Shown here one piece after another: positions 11,416 through 23,331 of a stretch of 64,000 nucleotides of DNA. The stretch is from Candidatus Latescibacterota bacterium. GTDB taxonomy: Bacteria; Krumholzibacteriota; Krumholzibacteriia; WVZY01. Each line of letters begins with the position of its first letter. Position 1 is the first letter of the stretch. Where the stretch lies: assembly GCA_963791045.1 (NCBI GenBank), contig CAWBQK010000011.1:1-64000 (forward strand), in the 5' to 3' direction. The notes below the pieces were generated by a model, which was given only the letters and a program-made list of their open reading frames with translations, did no database searches and had not been told where the DNA came from. The translations under genes were made by a program, and so were the position numbers.

Positions 11416-11982
11416 CTATTGGAGTACGAAGTTGACGAAATAGACTGCGTCGAGGCCTTCCGAAGGAAGTACCATCTCGATGCGGTCCTGGATTTCCTGG
11501 CGCATCACCTCCCGGGCTTGGACGTCCACCAGGTCTTCGACCGATTTGGATCCGAAGACGGTGATGAGGGCGTCCTTGACCTGGGCGTCCCGGACCTCCA
11601 GCTCCTGGATCACGTTGGGGCTGGACGACTCGAGGCCGACGCTCACGCAGACGTAGCGCATGCCCGCCGAGCCGGCCGGGTTTACGACCAGATCTTCGAT
11701 CACGTAGACGGACCCGAAGGGAGCCACATCGCTCACGGCTTCGGTTTCGGCGATCAGTGCCTTCTCCTTCTCGATCAGGTTCGAGGAGACCTTCGGCGTC
11801 ACCACGTACTGGGTGAACAACGACGAGGCCACCACGAGGCCGGCGTAGATCGCCGCCGTACCGAGAATGATTCCGAGTTTCAGCTTGCCCGAGCCGCCGC
11901 CCGAGCCCGCTTCCTGGGTCCCATCCCCCGGGGGAGGAGACGCTCCCGTGCCATCCGCGACCACTTGTTTTTCGTCAGCCAC
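11416..11982 (-). CDS. fliL: Flagellar basal body-associated protein FliL
   Basis: Single TM, then DLVVNPAGS..RYV, QVKDALI, VYFVNFVLQ. Confidence 0.92.
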   Translation of the reverse strand: MADEKQVVADGTGASPPPGDGTQEAGSGGGSGKLKLGIILGTAAIYAGLVVASSLFTQYVVTPKVSSNLIEKEKALIAETEAVSDVAPFGSVYVIEDLVVNPAGSAGMRYVCVSVGLESSSPNVIQELEVRDAQVKDALITVFGSKSVEDLVDVQAREVMRQEIQDRIEMVLPSEGLDAVYFVNFVLQ

Positions 11983-12052
11983 GTCTTTTCCTCCTCACGG
12001 CGATCCCGCGAGGCCGGATCCGGGAGCATCCCCAGTCCCCGACTCATCGGAA

Positions 12053-13976
12053 TTACCGCTTCAGACTCATGAGATCCTGGAGGATCTCGTCACCGGACGT
12101 AATCACCTTCGCGTTGGCCTGGAAGCCACGCTGAGCGGTGATCATTCGAGTAAACTCCTCCGCCAGGTCGACGTTGGACATCTCCAGCGACTTGGAGACG
12201 ATGGAAGCGTCGATCGTCGTACCCGCGGCCCCCGCGATGCTGTGCCCCGAGTTCGGCGAGACCTGATAAAGGTTGCCGCCGATCCGGGTCAGCCCCTCCG
12301 GGTTCTTGAACGTGGAAAGCACCACCTGTCCCATGCTGCGGAGAACACCGTTGGTGAAGAGTCCGGTGATCTTTCCGGACGTGTCCACGGTGATCTCCGA
12401 CAAGTTCCCCATGCCGTACCCGTCCTGGCCGATCGCCTTCGCCGTGAAGGGCGACGAGAACTGGGTGAGGCCGTTGAAAGCGTTCGCGTTTCCCGTGTCG
12501 AAGGCGACCCGCAGATTGTCCGCGCCCGTTTCCGGCGCGAAGGAAAGGAACTCGCTTCCGTCATCGAAATTGAATCCCCGGAACGAACCGTCCGAGTTGA
12601 ACTCGATCGTGCCGGACCGGCCGCCCATGACGATTTCGTTGTCCTCGAAGCCCGCTTCCCAGTACCACTGGTTCTCGGTCGCCGACTTCGTGAAGGTCAT
12701 GTTCAGCGTGTGCTCCACGCCGAGGGTGTCGTACACCAGGATCGAGGTGAGGTGCTGGGTGTCCTCGGTGGAGATCAACGCCGTGCCCGGCCATGATGCC
12801 GGTCTCGGCGAGGACCGAAACGCCGCCGTCACCGACGCCCGAGATCCCGGTCACCAAACCGTTGTTCTCGTCGTAGGTCAGGGTCAGGTTTTCCGGCGCC
12901 ATGGCCACCCGGCCCGTGGGGGAGAAGGTGTCGACCGCCGCGAGGGTGCTCGCCGTGCCGCTATTGGCGGTGAAGGCAGCCCCCGTGGACCCGAAGATCT
13001 CCGACACGATGTCGCCGGCCACGCCGACACTCGTGTCGATGTTGTAGATCGCGCCGTCCCCGTAGTAGTTCCGGGTGAGCACCACTTCGCCTCCGGAGAT
13101 TTCGGCGGTCACTCCGGCGCCGAGATTGTTGATCGCCTGAACGAGATCGCCCACGCTCGAGTCGACCGTGAGGCCGAGAACGTTGTAGGTGTCCCCGCCG
13201 TCCACGGTGATCGTCATGGTCGATGCGTCGGTCACGCCGAGGGAGGTCAGTGTCTCGTTGCCCGTCAGGGCGACGGACGCCGAGTTGGTCCCCGTGGCCG
13301 TGCTCTGGGTGGCGTTCAATCCCGTGACCACGATCGAGTGGGTACCGCCCGCACCATCCGCTGCGGTTCCCGAAACGGCGGTGATTCCGGTGGTTCCCGC
13401 ATTGGCCAGCTCGGCGACGCTGTCCGAGGCCCCCGCATCGAGGTTCGCGCTGAAGTCGACCTCCGTGGACGCCCGGGCCGGCGACGTTTCACCGAAGGGA
13501 AGGGTCAGATTCTCGAGAGGCGCGCCGGTCGGAATACTCCCGCTGTCGTCGGCGAGCCACCCCTGCACGATCAGGCCGCTGCCGGGCGAGGTGAGGTTTC
13601 CGTTCGCGTCGAACACGAAGTTACCCGCCCGGGTGAAGAAGTCCGTCTGCCCGTTGCTCAGAATGAAATATCCGTCTCCGTCGACGGCGAGATCGGTCAC
13701 GATGCCCGTCTGCTGGAGCATCCCCTGGGTCCGGTCGATGTCGACGCTCCCGACCTGCATCCCGAGCCCGACCTGCAGGGCGCTCTGCCCACCGAAGTTT
13801 TCCCTCGGCGCGCTCGGCCCCCGAAGGGTCTGCACGAGAGACTCACGGAACGTCACCCGCCCGGTCTTAAACCCGTGGGTGTTCGTGTTCGAGATGTTGT
13901 TTCCAACGATACTCATGCTGAACAGCTGACCTTTCACGCCCGAAACAGCAGCGTAAAACGCGGCCATACCCGACAT
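12053..13976 (-). CDS. flgE: Flagellar hook protein FlgE, long form (one frameshift near 12.8 kb)
   Basis: IVGNNISNTNTHGFK, FTRAGNF, VYDTLG, QDGYGMG, LEMSNVDLAEEFTRMITAQRGFQAN. Confidence 0.95.
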
Positions 13977-13990
13977 AGCTCAATCCTCCA

Positions 13991-14047
13991 TCACCGCTTC
14001 CGTCGTTCCACGGTGAAGGACCCCCTCCCTCGCGGGAGGTCCGGTCC
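13991..14047 (-). ncRNA. Putative two-hairpin cis-regulatory RNA in the flgE leader
   Basis: GGACC-GGA-CCTCCC-GCGA-GGGAGG-G-GGTCC followed by TCACCG-TGGAACGACGGAAG-CGGTGA, next to the GGAGG RBS. Confidence 0.5.
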
Positions 14048-14064
14048 CGTTTTGGTTTACTCGA

Positions 14065-14445
14065 CTAGGCGATTACCGCACTGTCGATCGATGTAAAGAC
14101 GCCGCTCTGCTTTCCCTGCAGCGCCGTGATCACGGTTCTGTTCTTCACGCTGACGACGAACGCGAGCTCGTCGAGCAGCACCAGCGATTCCTTCGATCCC
14201 TTTTCCCCGGCCTGGGCCACGGCGCTTCCGAGGCGCTCCACGTCGGTCGAGCCGAGAGAGACGTTCCGCGTGCGCATCCGGTCCATCGCGTGGCGGGAAA
14301 ACTTCAGGTCGTGCTTGAGGAGAGCCTCGTCGAATTCGGCGTGGAACTCCTTATCGACCTTTCCGCCGTTGTGGGGCGTGACTCCTTGGACCGGGATCGG
14401 TTTCCCAATACCCTGGATCCCGTTCACTGCTTCACCTCCTCCCAT
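14065..14445 (-). CDS. Flagellar operon protein (TIGR02530-like)
   Basis: LKFSRHAMDRMRTR...KGSKESLVLLDELAFVVSVKNRTVITA...VFTSIDSAVI, between flgD and flgE. Confidence 0.88.
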   Translation of the reverse strand: MGGGEAVNGIQGIGKPIPVQGVTPHNGGKVDKEFHAEFDEALLKHDLKFSRHAMDRMRTRNVSLGSTDVERLGSAVAQAGEKGSKESLVLLDELAFVVSVKNRTVITALQGKQSGVFTSIDSAVIA

Positions 14446-14457
14446 GATGTTTCTCCG

Positions 14458-15138
14458 TTAGTCCGTTTGAGTGACTTGCAATACGGCGCTCATGAGCACT
14501 TCATCCTCGCCGAGGACGAGGCGTGCGTTGCCGTTTTCGTAACGAATGCCTTCGACGACACCGTTGATCGTTTCCATGGCGTGCACCGGCGTCTCGTCGC
14601 CGGCCGTGGCGCTCACCGAGAAGGTGTAGACGCCCGCCGGAAGAGAATTCCCGTTCAGGTCCGTTCCGTCCCACGCGAACGTGTGGTCTCCGGACTCGCC
14701 GCCCAGACCTTCGACTTCGGCCACCAGCTTGCCGGCGGCGTCGAATACGGATGCCTTCACTTCGAGGGCGCCCCCCATCAGCCGGTAACCGAGGTCGGCC
14801 GATCCGTCGTTTCCGAGATGGAACGCGTTCGACGAAACGGTCACCTGCCGACCGATCAGGGTCGTGGCCATCGTGTTGTTCAGCAGCTGGCCGAGCACGA
14901 GATCCATCTCGAGATTCTCGCCGAGACTGGCGTTCATATTCTCCAGCTGCTCGAGCGAGCTGAACTGGGCGAGCTGAGCGATCATCGCCTCGTTGTCGAT
15001 CGGCTCGAAGGGGTCCTGCATCTGAAGCTGGGTAAGCAGGAGCGAAAGGAACTCCTCCTTGCCGAGCTGGTTGATTCCCCTCCCCGCCACTTCACCGTCC
15101 GTCTGTCCGGCGACTCCGAGTACCGATCCGATTTCCAT
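14458..15138 (-). CDS. flgD: Flagellar hook capping protein FlgD
   Basis: LGKEEFLSLLLTQLQMQDPFEP, AQLAQFSSLEQL, WDGTDLNG. Confidence 0.95.
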   Translation of the reverse strand: MEIGSVLGVAGQTDGEVAGRGINQLGKEEFLSLLLTQLQMQDPFEPIDNEAMIAQLAQFSSLEQLENMNASLGENLEMDLVLGQLLNNTMATTLIGRQVTVSSNAFHLGNDGSADLGYRLMGGALEVKASVFDAAGKLVAEVEGLGGESGDHTFAWDGTDLNGNSLPAGVYTFSVSATAGDETPVHAMETINGVVEGIRYENGNARLVLGEDEVLMSAVLQVTQTD

Positions 15139-15163
15139 TCCCCACTACCTCCTTCGGGTCCGG

Positions 15164-17611
15164 TTAGAACAAGTAGTCCACCCGGCCCGTGCCGCCGACG
15201 GCGGCGGCCAACGCCGGCTCGGCCGGCTCCATCACTTCTTCTTCCACGAACCGTCCCGGCGCTCGCCGGGCGCCGCCCGTGACCGTCTCCACCGTCCGAG
15301 GGCCGGCGCTCGTCCTGGAGCAGCACGTCGAACTGGCTGAGGTCGAGCCCGCCTTCGGTCATCGCGGCCGCCGAGCCTCGGAAGTTCGGCTTCGACCAGG
15401 GCCTTCACGACGGCGCTGTCCACGTGAATCACGCCGTGCACCGAGGAGTCCGTCACGGTGAGCCTCACGTGAACGCGGCCGAGTTCCGGCGGATCGAGCC
15501 GGATCTCCGCTTCGTTCCGCCCCCGCCTGAGGGTCGCCCGCATGCCGTCCGCGATCCGCTCCAGAATCTCCTCGCGGAAGGCGAGAGGATTCGGGGCGGC
15601 CGGACGGGCTTCCGGAATGTCGACCGCGGGCGCCGCCGCACGGGACAGGGGCGGCCGCCATGTTCCACGACTCGCCCGCGCTCAAGCCTGTCGGATTCCC
15701 GGCGGGAGCCGGCCCGGTGGACCGGCTCCGCCGCGGCGGCTCTCCGGACGAGGGACGGATCGCTTCGAGAACGCTCGGATCCCTCTTCTCGTGACCGGCC
15801 GCCCTCCGATCGAGGGTGGTCACGGGCGCCTGCTCGTCCAACCGTCGGCGGTATCGGCAGGCGCGATCTCCTCCACGGCGGGTTCGGCGCCCGCCACTTC
15901 GTTCACGAATCGTCCCGAGCGCGCGGCCTCTTCCGTCACCGGAACCTCGCCGCCACCGATGACGGGTTCCGTCGTCCCCGCTCCCAGGGTCCGGGTCACC
16001 GCCCGGAGCCCGTCGATCCCGCCCGGAAGGGCCGGACCGGGAGAGAAGGGAACACGGAACTCCTGCCGCGCGGCGGGTCCGGATCGACCGCCGGCGCCTC
16101 GGCCGGACGCCGCGGAGCCGCCGCGGTCTCCCGGGCAACGGGGGCCGCAGGAAGCGCACCTTCATCTCCTCGAGACCGATCTCCTCGGCGGGAACGGGGA
16201 GGTCGGGATCGCCGCCGGCGATCGCCTCCACCGGTCGGATGGGAACGAAAGGTACGACTTTCGGTCCCTCGGGCGGGCCTTCCGGCGGGGGGGCCACGTT
16301 CGCGGTCTCCATCGCCGGCAACGACTTCGGCCCCGCGGGACGGACGGGGAGCCCGGAGCGAGGTCGGATTCGGCTCCGCACCCTCCGGACGCTCGGCGGG
16401 AGGGCTTCCGTTCCCGGAGGGCCATATCGGAAACCGCCGGCTCCTCGGTCGTCGGAATCATCTCGGCACGGCGCCCGTCTCCGACGATCGGTCGGGGAGG
16501 AGCGGTTTCATTCGCCGGCCTCGCGGCTCGGCACGAACCGCCCCCTCGGGAGTCTTGTCCGAACGCTCGAACCCGGGCCCGTCCTTCCGGACCGAGCTGT
16601 CGGTCTCTATGGTGGGCTCCGCCGGATTCCCCTTCCGGTCCGCCCTCTCGGAAATCGGCACCACCGGAATCGCACTCTTCTTCCCGGGCGATATGTCGGC
16701 GGTGGGATCGATGTCGACCGGCGGAGTCGCCGCCGGTTTCGCGCGATCGCCCGTCGAATCCGCACCAGGAACGGACGGCTTCTTGTCGATCGCCGGTCCA
16801 TCGAAGATCTCGGTCCGGACTCGCCGGGTCGGGCGTGGCCTGTCCGGCCTCGATCACGGGCGCCGCCGAATCGGCGGCGACCGCGGCCGGGCCGTTTCGT
16901 GACCGCAACCGTGGCGACGACCGTAGCCTGTCGTAACTGGACGCCGTTTTCCATGACCACCGGCTTTCGTAACCTCAGCCGATTCCGTGACTGGATTCTC
17001 CCGGCCGCCGCCGTAGCCATCACCGTCTCCGTGGGCGTGGACGTCGGATTTGCCACGGGCGCCGCGCCCGGAAGTTCGCCGTTTCCGCGCAGGGCCGGAA
17101 CCGTCCGCTTCGGATTTCCGGGAACCGTAGGCGCCGCCGGAGTCACGACCGGCCCCTTCACCGGAGTCGCGAACCGGAGCGGGACCATGGGCCGACTTCT
17201 CACGCAACCCGCCGACCGGATCCCGCGGGAAGCGGGAAGGTGTCCCGTCGTCGTCCCCGTCGGCGTTCGAAGTTTCGCCGCTACCCGGCGCGTATGACGT
17301 CGATCGGCACCGGCGTCTCTTCCACGACCGCCGGCGAGACTCCCCCGGCGATCGGCCGGATGCCCGGAGAGATCTTCCCCGGGAGCATCCGTCCCCGTGC
17401 GCACCGCGACGGGGGCCGGGAAGGATCGAAGGGGACCGGGCCCTCGCCGATTCGCCGCCGCCGGGGCTTTCCCGAAGGACGCCAGCAGCGAAGCGAAGCC
17501 GTCGCCCTTCCCCGAAGCGTCCGCGGGAGCGTTCTCCCCGAGAGGGAGCTCCACCCCACGGCCGGCGCCGAGGATCGCTTCGAACAGGTTTTCGATTCCG
17601 TTAAAGTTCAT
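15164..17611 (-). CDS. fliK: Hook-length control protein FliK (heavily frameshifted, ~815 codons)
   Basis: Low-complexity P/A/E/T-rich N-terminus; C-terminal EAEIRLDPPELGRVHVRL...ALVEAELPRL; ends RVDYLF*; directly upstream of flgD. Confidence 0.85.
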
Positions 17612-18310
17612 TTCCCGCCGTCCGAATCAGGAGCTGGCTCATGCGAGCCGCCTTCCCCGGTTCCATCTCGGCCAGCACCTTGGCCGCCGACTGATCTTTC
17701 ATGTCCTGCAGGATGCTCGACGCCTGACGCTCGGGCATGGTCCCGAGAATGAGGGCCACCTGCTTCGGCCTCATCTTTTCGTACACCCGCACGAGCCGGG
17801 CCATCCGTTCCGGCTGAAGGGCCATCATCTGGTCGATGTCTTCCTCCGCCGCCTCTTCTTTCCGGGCGACCATGTCGCTGACCGACTCGGGAAGAGGCGG
17901 GCCCATCTCGTCGCGCCCCCGACTCCTCCGGGACACGCCATGGGTCTCCGCGCCGCTCTCGTCCACCGCCGAAGCGACCACCGCCTGCGCTTCCGGCTGG
18001 GGCCCCTCGACCGCCGCCATTCAGGGCACTCGGTCGCCGCGCCCCCCGGCAGCCTCCGTCGCGCCGGCCGACGGGTTCCCCTCGGGGGCGCTTCGGCGGC
18101 CTCGTCGAGAGACATCCGGTGGGCGACCAGCACGCTGTCCGCGAGGACGTACGCCTCGGCCGGACGAAGGCGCGGAGCCTCGAAGCTCAGCATTCCGTTC
18201 ATGAAGAGAAAGAAGGGAATCGCTCCGAGGAACACGACCAATCCCCCGCCGGCCAGGAGAATGATCCTTCCGATTCCGCCCTTTTCCTTTTTCTCTTCGG
18301 CCTCAGCCAT
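17601..18310 (-). CDS. MotE/MgtE-N-like flagellar protein (frameshifted)
   Basis: N-terminal TM and RLVRVYEKMRPKQVALIL...AAKVLAEMEPGKAA. Confidence 0.75.
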
Positions 18311-18358
18311 CGTCCTTCTCCTCCGTGAGTCGGACCGGCGCCGGGCGAACCCGGCCCC

Positions 18359-18811
18359 TTAGTCTTCCTTTTTGGTCTTCCTCAGGAACATGTCCCGCCC
18401 GATCTCGTCGGACTCCTTCTGTTCCCGCTTCAGCCATTCCCGCATGTACTCGAGGAGTCCCCGGTCCCGGAGGCTCTCGAGAGTTTTCCGAGCTTTCGCG
18501 GCATCGACCAGCTCGTCCCGTTCCCTGTCGACGCGGCCGCGCGAGTGGTCGACCGTTTTCCGCTGGCGAAGAATCTCCTCCATCAGTCCGTGGAAGCGCT
18601 CCCAGTTCATTTTCTCCCGAGCCATGTCGAGGGCTTCCTCGGGGGGCTGGATCATTTCCCGCCGGCACTCCTCACCCATCTGGTGAAGATCGTCGAGACG
18701 CTGCTCCTCCCGGTCGAGAACGCGAACCGCCGCCGCCAGCTCTTCTTTCTTCACGTCTTCGGCGTGCTTCTTCGCGTTCATCACTTTTTGAAGCCGGAAG
18801 CGATATCCCAT
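18359..18811 (-). CDS. fliJ: Flagellar export protein FliJ
   Basis: MGYRFRLQKVM...EQKESDE, a 150-aa coiled coil following fliI. Confidence 0.9.
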   Translation of the reverse strand: MGYRFRLQKVMNAKKHAEDVKKEELAAAVRVLDREEQRLDDLHQMGEECRREMIQPPEEALDMAREKMNWERFHGLMEEILRQRKTVDHSRGRVDRERDELVDAAKARKTLESLRDRGLLEYMREWLKREQKESDEIGRDMFLRKTKKED

Positions 18812-18821
18812 GACCTCTTCC

Positions 18822-20140
18822 CTAGTTCAGCAGCGACCCGAGGTTCCGGAGCGTTTCGTCGAAACGGGTCCGATCCTCGATGCCCTGCCTGAGGAAACCC
18901 CGGATCGGCTCGATCTTGGCGATCGCGGAATCGATCCTCGGATTGCTGCCCTTCACGTAGGCCCCGATGTTGATCAGGTCCTCCGACTCGCGATAGACGG
19001 CGAGGATCTCCCGGACCCGTGCCGCCGCTTTCTTCTGCTCCTCGTCCACCACGTCGATCATCACCCGGCTCACGCTCTCGAGCACGTCCACCGCCGGATA
19101 GTGGTTCTCCGCGGCGAGCTTGCGGGAGAGGATGATGTGGCCGTCCAGGATCGAGCGGGCCGCGTCCGCGACCGGCTCGGACATGTCATCCCCTTCCACG
19201 AGCACCGTGTAGAGGCCGGTGATGCTGCCGACCGTCGACGTGCCCGACCGCTCGAGAAGGCGGGGCAGAAACGCGAAGACCGACGGCGGGTAGCCCTTCG
19301 TCGTCGGCGGCTCGCCGACGGCGAGCCGATCTCGCGCTGGGACATGGCGACCCGGGTGAGGGAGTCCATCATGAGCATCACGTCGAGACCGAGGTCCCGG
19401 AAATGCTCCGCGATGGTGGTCGCGAGGAGCGCCCCTTTCAGGCGGATCATCGCCGCCTGGTCGGACGTCACCGCCACCACCACCGACTTCCGAAGCCCCT
19501 CGGGCCCGAGATCTTTCTCGATGAAGTCCCGCACCTCGCGCCCCCGCTCGCCGATCAGGGCGATCACGTTCAGGTCGGCTTCGCAGTTCCGCGCGATCAT
19601 GCCGAGCAGCACGCTCTTGCCCACGCCGCTTCCCGAGAAGATGCCCACCCGTTGACCCTTGCCGCAGGTGAGCAGCCCGTCGATCGACCGGATTCCGGTC
19701 GCGAGGGGCGTCGAGATGCGGCGCCGGGTGAGCGGATTCGGCGGCGCCGCGACCAGGGGCCTGGTCTTCTTGGCGCCCGTCGGTCCGAGGCCGTCGATCG
19801 GGTTGCCGAGCCCGTCGAGCACGCGACCGAGCAGCTCGTGGCCTACCGGCACCCGAAGGGGCCGGCCGGAGGCGGCGACGGATGCGCCGGGGGCGATACC
19901 GCCGATGACGCCGAGAGGCATGAGGAGAACCCGTTCGCCACGGAATCCGACCACCTCGGCCTGAACCCGGCCGTTCCCCCCGAGACATTCGATGGTGCAC
20001 GCGTCCCCCACGGACACGCCGGGGCCTTTCGATTCGATGATCAAACCGATGATCTCCATGACCCGGCCGGTCCGCCGGATCGGCTCGGCGCTTTCCACGG
20101 TCTCCAGAAATTTGTTCCCGTCGATTACGGCCGTGTTCAT
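18822..20140 (-). CDS. fliI: Flagellar export ATPase FliI (one frameshift)
   Basis: [50 protein letters not shown]. Confidence 0.96.
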
Positions 20141-20789
20141 CGCACCTTCTCGATCAACGCCCTCTCGAGCGTCTTGAGTTGCTTTTCGATCTGGGCTTCC
20201 ACGTTCCCCGATTCGGTCTCCACGAGGCAGCCGCCCCGTCCGATCCGCTCGTCCTCCTGGATCTCGAGGGACCGCGTCCCTTCCAGGCGCCCGAGCCACT
20301 CCGAGCCGTGCTCCCGCACGATGCGGAGGTCTTCGGGGTTGACGTGGATGATCACGTTCTCTTTCTCCACAACCTGTTTCAGGGCCCGGCGCACGGTTTC
20401 GAGCACCGCTTCCTCGTCCGCCGCCACCACGTCGCCCAGGATCCGCCGGGCCACGGCGACCGCGAGCCGGACCACGGTCTCTTCGGAGGAGCGGACCAGG
20501 TCGCTCTGCTGGGCCGCGAAATCGTCCATCATCGAAGTGAACCGGCCGACGATCTCCGCCACCGGCCCGGCCGCCTCTTCCGCCACCGCGGCGAGACGGG
20601 TGTCGATCTCGGCCTCCCGTTCGTTCCACCGCCGCTCGTACTCGGCGATCTTCTCGAGGGCGCGGCGCTCCCGATCCGCGGCCGTGCCGGGATCTCGGGG
20701 GCCCCCGCGTCCCTCTCCCCCTCCGTGGGAAGGAGGACCACGCGGGTCTCCTCGAGCATCCGGGACGGACGAATCACGCGGGACGACAT
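20137..20789 (-). CDS. fliH: Flagellar assembly protein FliH (frameshifted)
   Basis: IHVNPEDL...[14 protein letters not shown]; lies between fliG and fliI. Confidence 0.88.
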
Positions 20790-20790
20790 C

Positions 20791-21798
20791 CTAGGAATCC
20801 TCCCCGCCGCGATCGATCACGATTTCGCCCTTCTCCTCGAGAGAGCGGACCACGTCGATGATGCGGTCCTGGGCCGCTTCGATCTCGTTCGCCTTGACCG
20901 GTCCCATGTAGTCCATCTCTTCCTGGATGCTGACCGCGGCCCGCTCGGAGACGTTCTTGAAGATCTTCTCTTTCACGTCCTCGTCGGCGGTCTTGAGCGC
21001 CACCGAGAGATCCTTCACGTCCACCTCCTTGAGGACCCGCTGCATGGCGCGGTCGTCGAGGAGAAGGATGTCGCGGAAGACGAACATCAACTTCCGAACC
21101 CGGTTCGCGATGTCCTGGTCCCGGGCGGCCATCGTTTCGAGGACCGTCTTCTGGGACTCGAGGGAGACCATGTTGAGAAGGCCCGCCGCCTTCTGCTCGC
21201 CGCCCAACTGCTCGAGACGCTTCGCCACGCCGCCCGTGGGATCGACGATCGGCGCGAGGGCGGCGTGCACCGCGCCCGCCACGTCCGGCGAGATCTCGCC
21301 CATGGTGGCCACCCGCCACGTCAACTCCGGCTGGATCTCCTCGGGGAGGGCCGAGATCACCTTGCCCGCCGTGTCCTCCTCCACCTGGGTGAGGATGAAC
21401 GCGATCGCCTGGGGGTGCTCCTCCGCCAGGAGACCGGCGAACTTCTCGGGGTCCCGCTTGGCGTACGCCATCAGCTTCCGGTTCGCCCGCCAGCCGATGC
21501 GCTGCACCACCTGATTCGCCCCCGCCTTCCCGAGGCTCACCTCGAGGATCTCCGACGCCATCTCCAGGCCTCCGGCTTCCTTGGCCTGGCTCGCGGCGAG
21601 ACGGTTGTGAAACTCGGCCAGCACTTCGTCCCGGACCTCCTTCGGAACCTCGCCGAGCTGCACGATCGTCTCGGCCAACTGTTCGACCACGCTTCCGCCG
21701 AGCCCCTTGAGAACGTCACCCGCGCCCGAGCCGATGGACATCACGACGATGGCCGCCCGCTGCTTCGGCGTGAGATCGGTGACGGTCAGGGCGCTCAT
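20791..21798 (-). CDS. fliG: Flagellar motor switch protein FliG
   Basis: Intact 335 aa; EHPQAIA, MFVFRDI, NVSERAA...MGPV. Confidence 0.96.
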   Translation of the reverse strand: MSALTVTDLTPKQRAAIVVMSIGSGAGDVLKGLGGSVVEQLAETIVQLGEVPKEVRDEVLAEFHNRLAASQAKEAGGLEMASEILEVSLGKAGANQVVQRIGWRANRKLMAYAKRDPEKFAGLLAEEHPQAIAFILTQVEEDTAGKVISALPEEIQPELTWRVATMGEISPDVAGAVHAALAPIVDPTGGVAKRLEQLGGEQKAAGLLNMVSLESQKTVLETMAARDQDIANRVRKLMFVFRDILLLDDRAMQRVLKEVDVKDLSVALKTADEDVKEKIFKNVSERAAVSIQEEMDYMGPVKANEIEAAQDRIIDVVRSLEEKGEIVIDRGGEDS

Positions 21799-21804
21799 GG
21801 CTGC

Positions 21805-23307
21805 CTACTTCTCCTCGGAGACCATGGTTCGAATCAGGGCGGCCGACTCTTCCGGCTGCGATCTCGCGAGCTCGGAAACGCGGCTCGTCAACGACTGGAT
21901 CCGGGCCGCCTCCGCCGCCACGGGGTCCACCCCCGCGGGCGCTCCCGCCGGGCGGGCCGGCAGGGCCGGCGCCTGGGCGAGCGTCGCCCCGAGGGACTGG
22001 ATGATCTTGCGAAGCACGAAGAGCACCACCAGGGCGCCGAGAACGAGAATCAGCTTGCCCCCGATGGCGGTGATCATCATCTGGCGCTCGGCCTTCTTCA
22101 TCTCTTCCTGCTCGAGGGCGATCGACTGCTGGTCGAACTGGACGCAGGCGATGTGGAACTGATCCCCGCGCTCCGCGTCGATACCGACCGCGTTCCGGAT
22201 GAGGGCGCCGAGTTGATCGAGCTCCTGGGCGGTCCGGGCGACGAACACCGGCTCGGCGTCCTCCTCCCCTTCGGGGATCTCGTAACGGCCGTCGACGGTG
22301 ACCGCCACGGTCAGCCGCTTCACGTTGCCGGGGGCCCGCACCACCCGCTCCACGGTCCGGTTGATCTCGTAGTTCGTGACCGTGCTCCGGGTCTCGTCGC
22401 CGGTCTGGCCTCCCTGTCTTCGTTCAGCTCCTCGCTCCGGACCACCGCGAAGTCGGGATCGAACTTCTCCGCCTCGCTCTCGATCCGTTCGAGGTCGAGA
22501 TCGGCGCTCACCCGCACCACCGCGTTCCCCGGACCGACCACCGGATCGAGAAGACTCTGGGCCTTCTCCTCGAGGAAACGGGCGACCGCGGTCTGCATCT
22601 CGAACCGGGCGCCTCCCTCGCCGTCGAACTCGTCGCCGTGCTGGTTCGAGAGGAGATTGCCGTAGTAGTCGACGATATTGACGCTCTCGATGACGAGCCC
22701 TTCCACGCTCCCGGAGACCAGGTACGTGATCCCCTCGATCTGCTTGCGGGCGAGCTCCACGCCCGGCTTCAACCGGAGCATGACCGAGGCGGTCGGCTTG
22801 CGGGAATCGTCCGCGAACAGGGTGCGCTCGGGCATCACCAGGTGGACCCGTGCGGCCATCACTTCGTCCATCTCCCGGATGGTCCTCGTCAGCTCCCCTT
22901 CGAGGGCGCGCCGGTAGTTGACCTGCTGCATGAAGCTGGTCATGCCGAACCGGCTCTTATCGAAGATCTCGTAGCCACCCTTGCCGCCTCCCGGGTTTCC
23001 TTTGCCGGCGAGGTCGAGACGAAGGGAATAGACCTCGCCCTCGGGGACGAGGATGGTGCGGCCGGCGTCGGCGATCCGGTAGGGAACCTGCATGCCGTTG
23101 AGTTCGTCGACGACCGCGGACGCCTGGTCGGTCTCGAGACCGGTATAAAGAACGGAATAGGTCGCGTGACGGGCGAGAAAGAGCGAAACCACCACCGTCA
23201 CGATCACACCCGCGACCGAGAAGCCCGGCCACGAGCCTCTTGCCCGGACCGAGCGCCTGCCAGCGGTTCATCACGTCCGCCGAAATCTTTCTCATCGAAT
23301 CAGCCAC
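21805..23307 (-). CDS. fliF: Flagellar M-ring protein FliF (frameshifted)
   Basis: GYEIFDKSRFGMTSF, RRALEGELTRTI, ARVHLVMP, TASVML, GIDAERGD. Confidence 0.95.
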
Positions 23308-23331
23308 CGAAGGATCCCTCCTCTCGATGCA

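Noticed and set aside
4342-23307. Non-flagellar type III injectisome
   Set aside because: Rod, hook, hook-cap, FliL, FliE and FliA genes identify the system as flagellar
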